Source: Schmidtea polychroa (Eukaryota). From it: a DNA stretch of 60,000 bases. Shown piece after piece: positions 27,123 to 41,075 of the stretch. Numbering within the stretch: position 1 is the first letter of the stretch; the number at the start of each line of letters is the position of its first letter. The notes beneath the pieces are model-generated. The model did not search any database. It was not told the origin of the DNA and saw only the letters and a list, made by a program, of their open reading frames with translations. The position numbers were made by a program, and so were the translations under genes. Location: assembly GCA_044892525.1 (NCBI GenBank), contig CM097885.1:237400001-237460000 (forward strand), written 5' to 3'.

Positions 27123-29874
27123 CTACGGTTAATTAATTAAATATTAATAAGTATAATAATTAATAAATATTTTAATTTTAAATTAAGCATTATTAGGGAA
27201 TTTATATTCACTAAATTAACTTAGTTAATGAGAGAAAATTATAATTTTCACGGAAATAAAAATAATGAAATTGTTTTAGTTATTAATTTGTAACAACTCG
27301 TGATAATTTGCATTTAAAGTGTTCATAGAAATTTACTAGACAGTAGCTCTTAATTTCCTAGTTTAAACTTTCCTTTTATTACAATAATTAATGACAATTA
27401 TTTTGCTATTAATAATAAAATAATAAGGCTCATTGACAGTTCATTATATTCCATAAATATTTGTTTGTTTGAATGTGCACGTTAGAAGTTTACTTCCAAA
27501 TGATATGATAGAATGTTAATGATTTTAATATTTAAAAAAACTATAAATTTAATTTAAAATTTGTTTTTAATAATACAGAATATATTTGGTTATTCAGAAA
27601 AAATTCAAATTGCAACGAAATTGTTTTTTAATATTTTAAACTAAATTAATTGGCTGTATTTGAATTTTAATTTCCAATTTCCAATTATATAATTATAAAT
27701 ATAATTATAATATTAAGTTAAAATCTGTCATTCGGCAAACTGTAATCATTTTTATCCTATAATAAATCTTTATCTTTTGATAAATATACTTTTTATTAAT
27801 TAATTTTCCATTTGTTAATTTTTTCATTTTTAATTTGTCATTAGACTTACACTTTTTAAAGGCTTTCAGTAGAACTGGGAAATCTGATTTTAAATTTACT
27901 ATTTTCCGAGAACTTAAAAAAATCAGGGGAAAGTTACCCTCTATTTAGAGCTGGATTTTGTTCTTTGTAATAAATTCAAAACTTTCAAACAGTCAGATAA
28001 ATGAACCAAATATTTTATATAAAATTTCAGTTTTCAAAATCTTCTCAACCACTTTCACAGAATCAAAGGTATCATACACATTTCATAGATGACGGTAAGT
28101 CAAAGGATTAGATTAAGTGATTGAATTTCTGACGAATGTCATAATAACGAACATAAGACCAACTGAAACTCTTTTAGGAAAAAAAGATAGATTATGAACT
28201 GGATGATATTGAATATATCTCGGGATATTATCAGAACATTACTACAATTGCAATGGAATTTGTGCTTAGTGGAATATATTATTATAGTTTCAGAATATGA
28301 AGAAATATTTGAAACTGGTGATATAATTCTTATCAAGAGTATTAAAAGAAAAGAATACAGTCAAAAATGAAAAAAACTTAATTTTATTAAAAATTGACAA
28401 TTTTAAATTAAAAATACGAAACATAGAATGATTAAAGAACTTTTAGTAACAGAGTGCAATGTAAGACTTTATATGACAATAGCAAATGATAATAATATTG
28501 CAGAATAGAGTCAAAGATATATGTGTCATAAATACACCTGGATGCAATTTATAATGATCTAAATGACATTAATTTAAAGTTTCAATTATATAAATAAATG
28601 TGTAATATTATAAGAGCTTTTTTCAATTTTCATCTCTGGTTTCTTTTCAATTGACATTATATTTATTAAAAAATTGACTATGAATTAGGGGAGATTTCGA
28701 TGGGTTTTTTTATATTCACGAAGGCTGTGCCGGAAATTCTTGAATATAAAAAAACATCGATGTTTCAAATGCGTAATAGTCAAAAACTGGCATTAAATAA
28801 TTGTTTATACTATTGGTGGGCAAGAAGAAATTATGACGAGAAGAAAAATAAACACAAAAACACGGTTTACAAAATATCTTGTGTATAATTTTCCATTTTC
28901 TTCTCTCAGTAGTGTTTATATTATAGACTTAAGGCTTTAATTTAATGTCAGTTTTGAATTGTGACACACACACATTTATTTTAGGTTAGTTTTGTTTATA
29001 TTTTTGAAACTTTAAATCAATGTCATTTAGACCATTATCTATTGTATTGTACTTCTCATAACTTATTTATTCTAGATACTTAGCGAGACTTTCTCATTAT
29101 TTCTGTTTTATGAATAGAATTATTTTTTTCAACCGAATTTTAAATTATTTAATTGAAAGTTATCTAAAATTATTTACATAGGAACTAAAAGACAATAGTG
29201 GAATTGATAGATTTTACTGAAGATTAGTACAAAAAATAAGTCAATAAATGCGTCAAAATGCAATAGAATTTTAGTCATTATTGTTAACAAGTTAAAATTA
29301 GTAAATTTGTAGAATAATAAAAACCAAAAATATCATTTTGTATTTATCCAACTTTTATATCTTTTAAAATCTTGCACTGTTATTTAAATTACTATTCATT
29401 TTATAAATAAATAATCAATATTTTAAATACATAAATTTAAATATTATAATAACTTCTTTTGATTTTAACTTCTGATTTCTTTTCATTTTAATTGACATTA
29501 TATTTATTAATAAATTGACTATGAATCAGTAAAGATATTAATAAAACATCTATATATTTATTGATTCTTTAATAAATATAATGTCAAATAAATTTAACTA
29601 TTTATTTTAATTTATTTACTTTCTTAATTATTAAAAATATCACAAAAAACAATAAACGTTTGACAATTTTTCTAAATTTGTATTAATATTTTGCTAATAA
29701 TTGACTTGATGTATTTACTTAAATGTCAACAGTCAGTCAATGAGATTTGAAATATTTACTGGGAAAATAAAATTTTCAAAAAAAAAACTAATTTTCATAG
29801 AAAAAGTGAAAAAATATATAAATTGAATTAAATGAATTGAAAATCTATATAGAGAAATTAGATTTTTCACTTAC

Positions 29875-29958
29875 GTGCTTGTTTTTGTCCTCAATTATAA
29901 ATCCGATACAAATTGGTTTTTTATGAATGAGAAACTGATTTATTTGTTCTTCAAGATC
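29875..29958 (-). CDS. nkd: Naked-cuticle-like gene, exon 2
   Basis: ttttaag|GAT...CAC|gtaagt; 28 codons DLEEQINQFLIHKKPICIGFIIEDKNKH. Confidence 0.7.
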
Positions 29959-30052
29959 CTTAAAAAATTACTTTTTATAATTTAATTATTAAATATTTTT
30001 TTAATATTCAATTTTACTTAATATGCATTCATTCGAAAAATAACAAAAATAG

Positions 30053-30320
<268 letters not shown>

Positions 30321-33054
30321 TATATAGTAGTATATCATTTCATTCAATATATACTTTGCAGCAAAAGGCTTATCTTATCAATCACTTGCTTAATATTATT
30401 ATTATATGATATTTATAAAATGTATAAAAATAATTTGTCAGATATTTTGAGTCTATAATTTTTCTGTAGGATTAAAATTTAATTCTGATTCCAAGTGCTC
30501 TTTATAAAATGACCACAATGCAACAATATTGACATTTTATTTTTCGCAATTCAAATTTTACAAATCTGATTCAAAACTTCATAGAGATACAAGTTCTTAG
30601 TACAATCAGTTAGTACAATGTAAGTTAAGAACTGATATTTAAAAAGACTTTTCACACTTTGCGTAATCTTCTATTTTCGAACAAAAACTAATTTTGAATG
30701 AAATTGAAAATGCTTCTTTACTAGGGGTTGACATAAATAATCGCGATGAAATTCCCCTTATCCCGGTTTCCTTAATGAAACTAACTGACTGTCAAAATAA
30801 TCTTTAGTAAACTTTATTTTCTATTCCATGATGAATGATTAGAATAATTAATTATAATTTTCAATTAATTAATTAATTTGTATTTTTGTATTTAAATCTC
30901 GAACCCCCCCCCAGTCAATTAAAAATTATTTGTAACTTATTTTTATAATTTTCCATCTGTTTCGAAAATTTCCCATGAAATTTTAATTTTCATCTCAAAA
31001 TTTGGTTAATGCACAACCCTCAGACTTTTCCAACATATTTTTCGTACTGAATTTTTCAGAGATCATACTTTGAAAAGATTACCAAAAAATTTCTATAAAA
31101 CGTTTTCCTTTAAAAAATAAAATTTCCCAATAATCTCTTGAAATTCTAACCATACTTAGTGGCTTATCTAGCAAATATCTGTATTCTTATATAATCGCCA
31201 TCCATGTCAAAGAATTATTAATGAGTTTCCATATGATAGTAATGATAAAGGTGATAAATCATTGAACCAATTAATCAAATGTCAGATTTTGTCTTAAAAA
31301 ATTTTGCATGGAAGATTTTTTATAAAAACTATAGTAATTGGATAATTTCGAAATGAAATTACCGATAATTGTTATTAGTGTGATATTTATTTAATTAATT
31401 AAATGATTGGATAATAAATTTATTAATATCAATTCAAAAAAAAATTTTACTTAAAATGATTATTGGCCAATAAATAATTAGATAATAAAATATTAAGCTT
31501 TTTATTAAATAGTAGGCGGGGTCGCAATTTTATGGTTATGAATTTGTGAATTAAATTGTTCATAAATTGAGAATTATTAATTTTAATTATTTCTAATTTT
31601 TCAATTGAAATTCTAAACCACCTTGAAATCATAAAAATCAAATAAATATTAATAATGCATTTTAATTTTTAATTATAATTTGTTTTTAGAAAATATTTTT
31701 TTTGAAAGAGTGATATTGTAACTTGACCCGAAAAAATGTTTTTATTGTAAATATTGTTAAATGAAAGTTATTAAAATTACTATTATAGGTATTTATATTA
31801 CTTTATATTTTATGTAAGTATTAAAAACTGTAAATATTTATACGAATGTAGAATGTTCTGTATAATTTCAAATTTTTTTCAAATTTCGCTATTAATTAAA
31901 AATTATAATATTATTCGAATGATTGTAATTTTTTATTTTTTTGATTAATGTTTCAAGCGGTTAATCATCAATACCGCCGCCATTTGTCACGCAAGACATA
32001 CTGATTTTGAAAAATGCAGGGTTTTGAGCACAGTTTTTAGTATAAATTCTTTTATATATGCGAAATCTCACTGTTTCAAATCATTTTCAAATTCATAAAA
32101 TAAATTTTCAGAATTCAAAAAACCGTTAAAATTTCAAGTTTTATAACTGGAAATACAACTTTCTTGTGTTAGTGTGTTTGTGTATGTGTGACACCTAAAC
32201 TTAATAAAACGCTTTGTCATCGATCGTCTCGACAGGATGTGACTTTATTAGCCCTAGGAATATTTGCGTGCCATACACATTCAACGCTAGTGAAGTTAAT
32301 ATAAAGGATTTTAAAAGTACGAATTATAAATTCAAATTGTAAATTCTCGATTATATTAATTACAATTTCATCTCATACCAATTAAAATATAATTGTATTG
32401 TTGGAGATGACATATTATGTTTTGTTACAAAAAACACAAGCTAATTTCAACAAATGCATGATAACAGATTAATGAAATCATTTATCTTTTTGTTCGTCTG
32501 TAATTTGTCTTTCATTTATCTTAATTAAGATTTTGGCTATAAATCAATGTTTTTTCTTTTTAACGCAAATTTTCGGTACTGCCTTTTTCAAGTGTCTTTT
32601 TCAATATTTTCAAATATTTGTCATTAATCTATAATCGAAAAACAATGAATATAATTAAAATCCCAGATCACAGAATTGCGTTTCCAGATATCTAAATTGA
32701 TAATCACACGACAAATTGAAAATAAGTTTTTTTTAAATTATATTATAAAAATTGAGATTCTAAATTAAGTAATTTATTCATTACAAATTAAAAATTCTTA
32801 ATATTTCAATAAATAATAAATTTTAATATTAGCATTATCAATATTCTTAGTCTACTTACAAAGATTAAGAAATTTATTATAATTACAAATTTCTACAAAA
32901 TTATAATTGAAATATTACTGAATATTTGTTTGAATAGAATAAATATTATTGCTAAATATTATTTAAATTTGTCGTTACTAAAACAGTTTGATTTGCATTT
33001 TTCATAATAAATAATTAAAATTGAACAAAATTATTATAATTTATAAAATAATAC

Positions 33055-33138
33055 CTGTTTAAATTCTTCTGTTAAAATATCATTTTTGGAATCACAATTT
33101 TTTGTCATATTTTTATTATTTGAAGAAGTGCAACCCAT
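33055..33138 (-). CDS. nkd: Naked-cuticle-like gene, exon 1
   Basis: ATG...CAG|gtatta; MGCTSSNNKNMTKNCDSKNDILTEEFKQ with an MGxxxS myristoylation motif. Confidence 0.7.
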
Positions 33139-33199
33139 TAATTAAAACTCAAGACGAAAACAATATCATTAAATTTTCTTGTCATATGAAACAAAGAAT

Positions 33200-33270
33200 A
33201 TACATTGGGAAATAGAATGATTTTTTCATTGGTTATCATTTGTTGGCCAATCAGAATTGAGTCATGAACA
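33200..33270 (-). promoter_or_regulatory. Candidate proximal promoter (three CCAAT boxes, one TGAGTCA site)
   Basis: ATTGG at 33204 and 33228, CCAAT at 33247, TGAGTCA at 33258, just upstream of the predicted ATG. Confidence 0.3.
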
Positions 33271-35777
33271 GAATTTCTATGAATGTTCTAATAATTAATT
33301 TGCTTCTTTATCTACATGATATATGATCACGAGAAATATTTATCGATGCTTTATGTAATATTTATCAATAAGCAGCGGATAATTGATATGATTGTTTTAC
33401 TGATTTATTGAGAATGGTTAGGAAGAATTAAATCTCGAATAATGACTAATAAATAATTTTTTTAAGTACATTATCTATTGAGGAACAAATCGAAATCGGT
33501 AGAAATTAAAATTCAACTACAAATATATTTAATTGTTTTAAAGTTTCTAAAACAATTTATCCATAAAATATAAAATTTGTTGATGTAAGTTAACATGTTT
33601 TGTTTTAGATTATTGATTTTAATGGTTTTATTAATTTCATTCAGAAAAAAATTAAATAAACAAATTATTTATTGTCAGTAATGTTTTTATTGCCAAGAGA
33701 ATTATGACTTAATTAATTATTAATTCGAAATTTAATTATACTATTGCATAATGATTTTGACAAGTGTTGATTTAGTTTTCAGTTTAAATTTTTTTATTGA
33801 ATATTCAATTAAACAAACAATTATTAGCACTAATTGTTTAATTTTGAGATATTAAACAACTGGCATTTCTATATTATTAACTATTCTTGGACTGGTGTTA
33901 GAAGCTCCAGTCTCGTAGAAATTTGAATTAAAAGAAAACAGAAAAATGTATCGCAGATTTGTTGGGTTTGCATAATAAAGATGTAATTTAAATTAATCAG
34001 GAGTTAAAATGTCATGAAATAATTAAAAATTAATTTTTGAATTATGAGCTAAAAATAAAACATTTTGTTTGGTTAAACGAACTTTTATCGAGTTTGTAAT
34101 CGAGCATGACAACACATCCTTAGTAAAAGTAAAAATTTCCAAAAATAATAAAAATATCAATTAACACAAGTTAAAAATAAAACATTTAATGAAATATTAA
34201 ATAGAAAAAAAACAAAAGATTTGATAACTTACAATAACCAGAAAATAAAACTAGTAGGTTACAGGTAGGGTTTCTCTCTCGGGATTTCTCGTTCCCGATT
34301 TCCCGGGAAATCCATCAAAATATCTATTCCCAATTTCCCGAGAAAAAAATTAAATTCCCGGGATTATTTTAAAAATTTATCAACAAATAATTAAAAATAA
34401 ATATTTCAAAACTACTTCTTGTTTTATTTAAAAATATTTGAAACCAAAGTAACAATTGACTTTTTTGTTTTCGGGATTATGCAGGTGCACTATAACTATA
34501 TAATATTTTTTTAAAATCAAAGCGTGTGTGTCTACTGTTTAACAAGCATAAATTTAAAGTTTAAATAATTTTCTTTGTTTATTTGTGAATTAAAGTAAGT
34601 TTTATTAAATTTCAATAACAATTTTTATTTTTTTTTACTGATATACAATTTTAAATAATAAAGGGTTATTAAGGAAAAAGAATGTCAACAGAAAGGACTT
34701 GGAGATTTTATTTTACCATTGATTCTACTAATAAGGACAAAGCAAAATGCAATAAATGTAATCAAATGATTGTGAGAAAAGGAGGTTCAACAAGTGGAAT
34801 GAATCGTCATTTGAATATCCAACATGGAATAGATTTGGTTACTAAGTACGATAAATTCGACGCACCAAGTACATTATGGCACATCTGATAAATCTGATTC
34901 AGGAAATCAAAATTCCATTTTAAAATATATAAAGAAAAAAACATTGGAAGAAATTCTTACAAAACTATCAGCTGTAGATGGAATTTCCATCATTGTTATT
35001 TCGAAAAGTACATTTATTCGTGAATCTATTTCTGCGAAAGGATATTTTCTTCCTAAAAATCCTTCACACATAATGAATCTTATATTTAAATATTATGCCG
35101 AAATCAAATCCGAACTTAAATGTAAATTTTCAACTATTTTAAAAGCAAATCAAAAATTTTGCTTAACTTTAGATGAATGGACAAGCAGCCGTAATCGTAG
35201 ATACATGAATATCAATGTTATGTGGAATGATGGAATATTCGAAAATTTGGGATTAGTAAGAATTGAAGGAAGTTTTGGAGCTGAAAAACGTTAGATATAG
35301 TTAATGAGAGGTTAAAGGAATTTAATTTGAATTTATCTACAGATATTATTGCAATCATAACTGATGGAGCAGCCGTTATGGTTAAATTTGGGAAGTTAGC
35401 TCGTGCTTTCCATTTACACACATGGAATTCATCTAGCTGTTTTGGATATTCTTTTTGGTTCTGCTAAGACAGAATTATTATTGGTAAAAAAATAGAAGCA
35501 ACAAGTAGACCAATTATTAGATGATGATAGCGACATTGAATGTATAGAAAGTGATGATGATGGTCTTGAGATAAAGAGGAAAATCCAGAATTTGAAGGCA
35601 TGTCATATGAACATGATACAAATATATGTGACCTTAAATTCAATGAACTAAAACCACAAATCCAGGATGCAATAAAAAATATCCGCAAGATATCATCATT
35701 TTTTAGAAAATCGCCAGTGCGCAACACAATTCTGCAGCAAAATGTTAAATTAGAATGGGGTAAAGAATTAAACTTAT

Positions 35778-36837
35778 TGTTGGGTTTTTGGTTAATTTAA
35801 GTCGGTTACTGACTCCCCGTGTCCTTTAAATCAAAACAATAATTACCCAATGTATATTGAAATAACAAAATTCACAATCTTTTCTCATCACTTTACAATC
35901 AATAATCAAAGTTACGTTTGACCGATTCTCAGCACGGCGTTGATGCTTTGTAAATAGATAATATTCATCTTTTATTTCTTTAGATTCTCTTGATCCACGT
36001 TTTCCTCCTTTTTCTGTTTGATTTCATTTTTTTTCACCTTTCCGTATTCCTATTCTATATCTTCTTTTCCCTAATCTCCTTAATTCGTTTTTACCTGTTC
36101 CTAACCCGGCTTCTTCTAACCCTAGCTGAGGCAAAATGCCGATTTGCTCTGATTTTCCCTTTCCTTATATACTCCTCGAAATCGGGATGACAAATTGTTA
36201 TTGCCGAGCCAATCTTTCACTTGACATTTGCTTCCACGTATCTGCTTCGGCTGTCACCCATAATGGTCCAACGAACAAAGATAATTAATGGCCCGGCCGG
36301 CCTTTCTACACGCCCTATCTTCTCCTTGCTCTTTTCCGATTAATCATTGTGTCACGCTAATGGGCCCAAATCTTCCTTCTATTTACTTTTCTCTTTGTTT
36401 ACCCAGCTCGGGTTTCCTTCATCTCTCGGGTTCTCCATTGGCTCGGGTTTCCCATTAGCTCGGGTTTTCTATTAGCCAATTAATTAATTAATTAACGTTT
36501 TCTGTTTTTACACATTTGAATGCTTTTCGACCCTTCCTAACCATTTTCTGATAAATCCCTAACCATCATTTTGTTGACCATTAGTTACTCTATACCTGTC
36601 TCGTTTTCCCAATTCGATTTCGATGATTTTACAATTTATTGATTTTTCTCGGATTTCCATATTCTTGCCTTTCGTAATTGCTTTTGGTATTTTCTAATAC
36701 TGCTTCCATCGTACTTTCCTTTACTATCAATTTTGTGCATGATCACGCTTTTATTTGTCTTTTTTCTTCACTTACTTTTTATTTAAAACATTAACCTAAA
36801 TTTCGTTTAAATTTATTTTAATTTACAGACCTCAACA
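35778..36837. mobile_element. Solo LTR (1060 bp), probably Gypsy-type
   Basis: TGTTGGG...CTCAACA termini; 4-bp TSD TTAT; interrupts the transposase between KELNL and RWNS. Confidence 0.8.
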
Positions 36838-37555
36838 TTATTATTAGGTGGAATAGCTTGTTGGATATGTTGGAAAGATTTGAGCAAATTAGAATTCCGA
36901 TTAAAAAAAGTCTATGTGAAATTAATGCTACACATCTACTTGATAACGAAGATCAGCTGTTCCATACAGTAAAAGCATTAATTGCTTTTTTACGTCCAGT
37001 AAAATTAGCGTCCGAAGCATTATGTCGACGTGATATGGATTTAATAAAAAGTGAGGGGATTCTGTCGTTTGTAATAGAGACGTTAAATGCATTAGATAAT
37101 TCAATATCTCGAGAATTACTACAAAATTTTAAATTGCGGATGATAACTCGAAGACCAAAAATTTTAATTTCATTGGTAAAATACCTAAATAATCCAGATT
37201 TATTGTATTCTAAACAAGATGATAATTTTTTTGAAATGTCGTTGAAATCTGAAATGATTAAATTATCTAGAGAATTGTTACACCGCCTATTTCCAGTTTA
37301 TATCATTGAAGACACCGTTGAGCTTGAAAATGAAGATATTGTATTGATTTCCGATACGGAAATTAATATAGAATCAGAAATACCAGCAAATGTTTTGAAA
37401 CGAAAGCTTGAAAGTGCTATAAATATGAGCACCAAAAAAACAAAATACCGGAGATAAAGAATATAAGACTTTATTAACCGAATTTAATTTATTTAAAGCC
37501 AGTGGAAAATTAACAAAAAATTTGAAGATGCTCTTAGATGCTCTTCTTTGCATTA

Positions 37556-38953
37556 CAGGGTTTTTCAATTGAAATCAGATTTTTTTCAAATGAATTCAGA
37601 ATTTTTTCAAATGAAATCAGAACTGTTTTAAATTGAATTCAGAATTTTTATGGGTAATAAAATATTATATACACTTTAAATGAAATCATGATAGAGTAAA
37701 AATTGGTAGTTAAAACTTTTAATCAGAATTCTTCTCTTCTTACCGCCTTTAATGCAAACCTTCTCGTGTCGTTGAAAAATCCGATACAATCCTCCGTGGT
37801 TATCGAATTGTGTCCCATTTCAATAGCGTTTTTCAACTCGATTACATTTAGAACGTTAGCCGATTTGACAATTGATTTCCATTTCGAGAAACACTCTTCA
37901 ATCGGATTTAATTGTGGCGAATAAGGTGGTAAAAAGCGTAACGTAAATCCAGAATTGTTGATCAAATCGCGTACGCCAACACTTTTATGTATTGTACAAT
38001 TATCCATTATAATCGTACCTGTCGATATTCCTTTCGATCGTAGATTTCCTATAAATTGGGAGACAAAATTTGTAAACTTCTTTGCATTGTATCCACCTTC
38101 TACAACTTCAAAATTCAAAATCGACATTTTGCTGATTGCTGCGCACACTGAATAGTTTTTACTTCGTATACTTCTCACTTCTTTGCGAGTAGGCGACCCA
38201 ACTTCGCTTCGTCCATATCCCAATCTCATCGAGCAATTGAAACCGCTTTCATCAAGGAAAAAGACATGGTCCTCGTTTAATGCCAAATATTCATTGGCAT
38301 ACTCATATCTGCGCTCAATAGCTTCCGCAGTGTTGCGGGCAGCGGGAATTAAGGCTACTCGTTTAAAAGAGAAATTAAAGTCTTTGATTGACCTATGAAT
38401 TGTGGACAACGATACGTCAACATTCATAGACTCACTCAAACTTCTTTTCATACCTCTCAACGGAGTAGAACAATCATCGGAAATTATTTCTTTTAGAAAA
38501 ACTAAATGCTCTTCGCTCAATTTTTTGGACTTGCACCCTCTATCTTCCATTTTATCAATCCTTCCTGTCGTCTTGTAAATGCTAATAATACTATAAACAG
38601 TTTTATAGTTCATAACGAGATCTGCAGCAATTTTTTTACGCTTTGGCCGGAATCAAATTTGATACATATAAGTTTTCTCGCAGCATTGCTCAATTGTGAT
38701 TTTTTTGTTGGAGGTGTCTTATGGTTCATTGATTTTGAAAAATATTAATATTTTATGGATATTATATATACATATTTGAATTTGATTTCGTTTAAAACAG
38801 TTCTGATTTCATTTGAAAAAAATTCTGATTTCATTTGAAAAAATTCTGATTTCATTTCAAAAAATTCTGATTTCATTTGAAAAAATTCTGATTTCATTTG
38901 AAAAAAAATCTGAATTCATTTGAAAAAAATCTGATTTCAATTGAGAAACCCTG
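37556..38953 (-). mobile_element. Tc1/IS630-superfamily transposon (1398 bp)
   Basis: TIRs CAGGGTTT(T/C)TCAATTGAAATCAGATTTTTTTCAAATGAATTCAGA; TA on both sides; ~21-bp subterminal repeats. Confidence 0.93.
37723..38613 (-). CDS. DD34E transposase (probable true start at 38729, one frameshift upstream)
   Basis: HTH region, FFLDESGF, IIMDNCTIH and YSPQLNPIE, with 34 residues between the second D and E. Confidence 0.88.
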   Translation of the reverse strand: MNYKTVYSIISIYKTTGRIDKMEDRGCKSKKLSEEHLVFLKEIISDDCSTPLRGMKRSLSESMNVDVSLSTIHRSIKDFNFSFKRVALIPAARNTAEAIERRYEYANEYLALNEDHVFFLDESGFNCSMRLGYGRSEVGSPTRKEVRSIRSKNYSVCAAISKMSILNFEVVEGGYNAKKFTNFVSQFIGNLRSKGISTGTIIMDNCTIHKSVGVRDLINNSGFTLRFLPPYSPQLNPIEECFSKWKSIVKSANVLNVIELKNAIEMGHNSITTEDCIGFFNDTRRFALKAVRREEF

Positions 38954-39669
38954 TAAACCAACCTCAGTGGAAAGTGAAAAAGTATTTTCGACTGCTGGCC
39001 TTTTTGTCAATAAACTTAGGACAAGACTCAACGATAAATCAGTTAATGCACTAGTTTGTCTTAGAACTAATTTTAAGAACTGTGCTGATAAATAACTTTT
39101 TTTTGTTCTATTAGTAATTAAGTTTTCTGTTGTAATGAAAAAAAATCAAAATATTAAATGTTTTTTTTTTAATTCAAATTTCTTTTTTAATTAGTAGATA
39201 GTATAACCCGGGTTTCCCGGTTTTCCCGGGAACATCTTCCAAATATTCTCGTTTCCCGGGATTCATTATTTGGCGGGAAATGAGAAATCCTAGTTACAGG
39301 TAACCAAATTTAGATCTAGTTTTCAGTATAACCGACAATACAACGCTTCACTACCACTTGACACCCGTTGAATAAACAATGTTGGTAATGTATTGAATGG
39401 TGCGAATGCAAGTAAAAAGTGACCTTATTCTTGTGAATTATAATTAACTGACATTCTCTAGAGTACACGGACTATCGATGGAAGATACTGCTTCACGGTG
39501 CACACTGTCATTAAATACTGAATAGAAAATATAAGAGTTATAAGAAAATTAAATCTACATAAATCAGTTTTCAGATTAATACTCGGTATATCATAGTCAA
39601 CCAAATATTTCAGACTAATTAGTTAAACAGGTTTTACAATTTCATTAAAGTTCTCATCCTTAATTAAGT

Positions 39670-40366
39670 ATGGAAAAAAAAGAAATATTTATGCACCAAA
39701 TATCAGCGCTTCCATACTTACAGAAAGTACATGTCATAAGAAACGACAAACGAAGAATAGCCAATCGATGCACGGAAAAAAACGAAAACTTTAAAGAACA
39801 ATCAAATTTCAATAAAATCTTACACAGAAACGAATATCAAGGTGAGGACATTGAAAGAATGAATTCTACCCCAAAAAGATCTAGGGAATTAACACAAAAG
39901 AATCAGAAATATTTCTATCTTAATATCCCATTCATCAGTGACATACTCGACTTCAAGATCCTGAAAGAACTTAAACTTACCAGTCTTCCAATTTGGATAG
40001 CACATAAATCTTGGACATTGAGAAGGGCTCTGGCAGGCAACATAAATAGAGAAAACAATTGCACAATGAAAAACTGCCAGACACCGAAAGTTATGTGCTT
40101 TAGAAAAAACATCGTCTATTGCATCACGTGCAATGTATGAAATGAAATCTACATTGGAAGTACACTCAGGACTTTGCACCAAAGAGTTAAAGAACATCTA
40201 GATCAGGGGTCTCAAACACGCGGCCTGCGGGCCGAATGCGGCCCGCAACGAAAAAACATAGATTTGTAATTTAACCAAACTTATTTAACAATTAAAATCA
40301 TAATTGGCTGTATAAATTAAAACTTATCTTTTTAATTATTTTTATTTATACATATGACGTTATACA

Positions 40367-40425
<59 letters not shown>

Positions 40426-40972
40426 TTAATAATAAAAAAATGTTTTTTAGTTTTGTTGAGTTTTTAATTAAATAAATATTAACGTCGGAGTTTCAGACTC
40501 CACATGTTCTGAAAAACAATTATTTATGTTGCGGCCCGCCGGCTCATAATACTAGTCTAATGCGGCCCGAAGGCAAGTTTGAGTTTGAAACCCCTGATCT
40601 AGATCCTGGTGGAACATCCTTGTTGGGCAGACATCTCCGGCAATGTCAGCCAACAGGGAAAGAAAAAATATTTCAATCGAAATCATAGCTAATGGAAACA
40701 TCCAAAAGAAAAATGTCAGAATCAAAGAAGCAATTCTCATCATAAACAGACAGCCAAAGATCAACACTGAAGAAGAAATCAATGAAATCATGAATTTGAT
40801 CTGTTGTCATTGACCTTGAAAATAACTGACAATATATAAAGAAATTAAAAAAAATATAATAAATTAAAAAGTAATAATTAAAATAATATAGAAAATTTTA
40901 GGAAATATACTTTTAAAAGGTAGGATTTAAAAATCAAAATTGACACTTTTATTGAAATATTTAAATAGCGTA
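39670..40972 (+). mobile_element. 5'-truncated Penelope-like retroelement, left part
   Basis: SALPYLQKVHVIRN..RRIANRC, YLNIPFISD, NIVYCITCNV*NEIYIGSTLRTLHQRVKEHL (GIY-YIG); paralogue of 22350-23635. Confidence 0.82.
40204..40596. mobile_element. hAT (Buster/Charlie-type) MITE
   Basis: TIRs CAGGGGT(C/T)TCAAAC; exact 8-bp TSD ATCTAGAT; TGCGGCCC repeats; empty site visible in the paralogue near 23045. Confidence 0.93.
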
Positions 40973-41075
40973 AGTAGGTAGATAGTAGCGTACGGCAGCA
41001 ATGACCCCCCCGGGGGGGGGGGGGGTTCTGCTGCCGTAATTTTTTTGCTGCAACTTTTGATTACGCAATTTATCA

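Larger units (their letters stand above)
34682..39095 (+). pseudogene. hAT transposase pseudogene
   Basis: BED finger (AKCNKC...STSGMNRHLNIQH), LTLDEWTS, ITDGAAVM, FFRKSP, RWNSLLDMLERF and C-terminal PTSVESEKVFSTAG, broken by frameshifts and two insertions. Confidence 0.88.
34266..39292 (+). mobile_element. Full-length defective hAT (Ac-like) transposon with two nested insertions
   Basis: TIRs TAGG(G/A)TTTCTC; exact 8-bp TSD GTTACAGG (34258-34265, 39293-39300); TTCCCGGG subterminal repeats. Confidence 0.93.

Noticed and set aside
28031..28094. Plus-strand exon-like segment (ttcag|...G|gtaagt)
   Set aside because: No partner exons or recognisable protein; antisense within an intron
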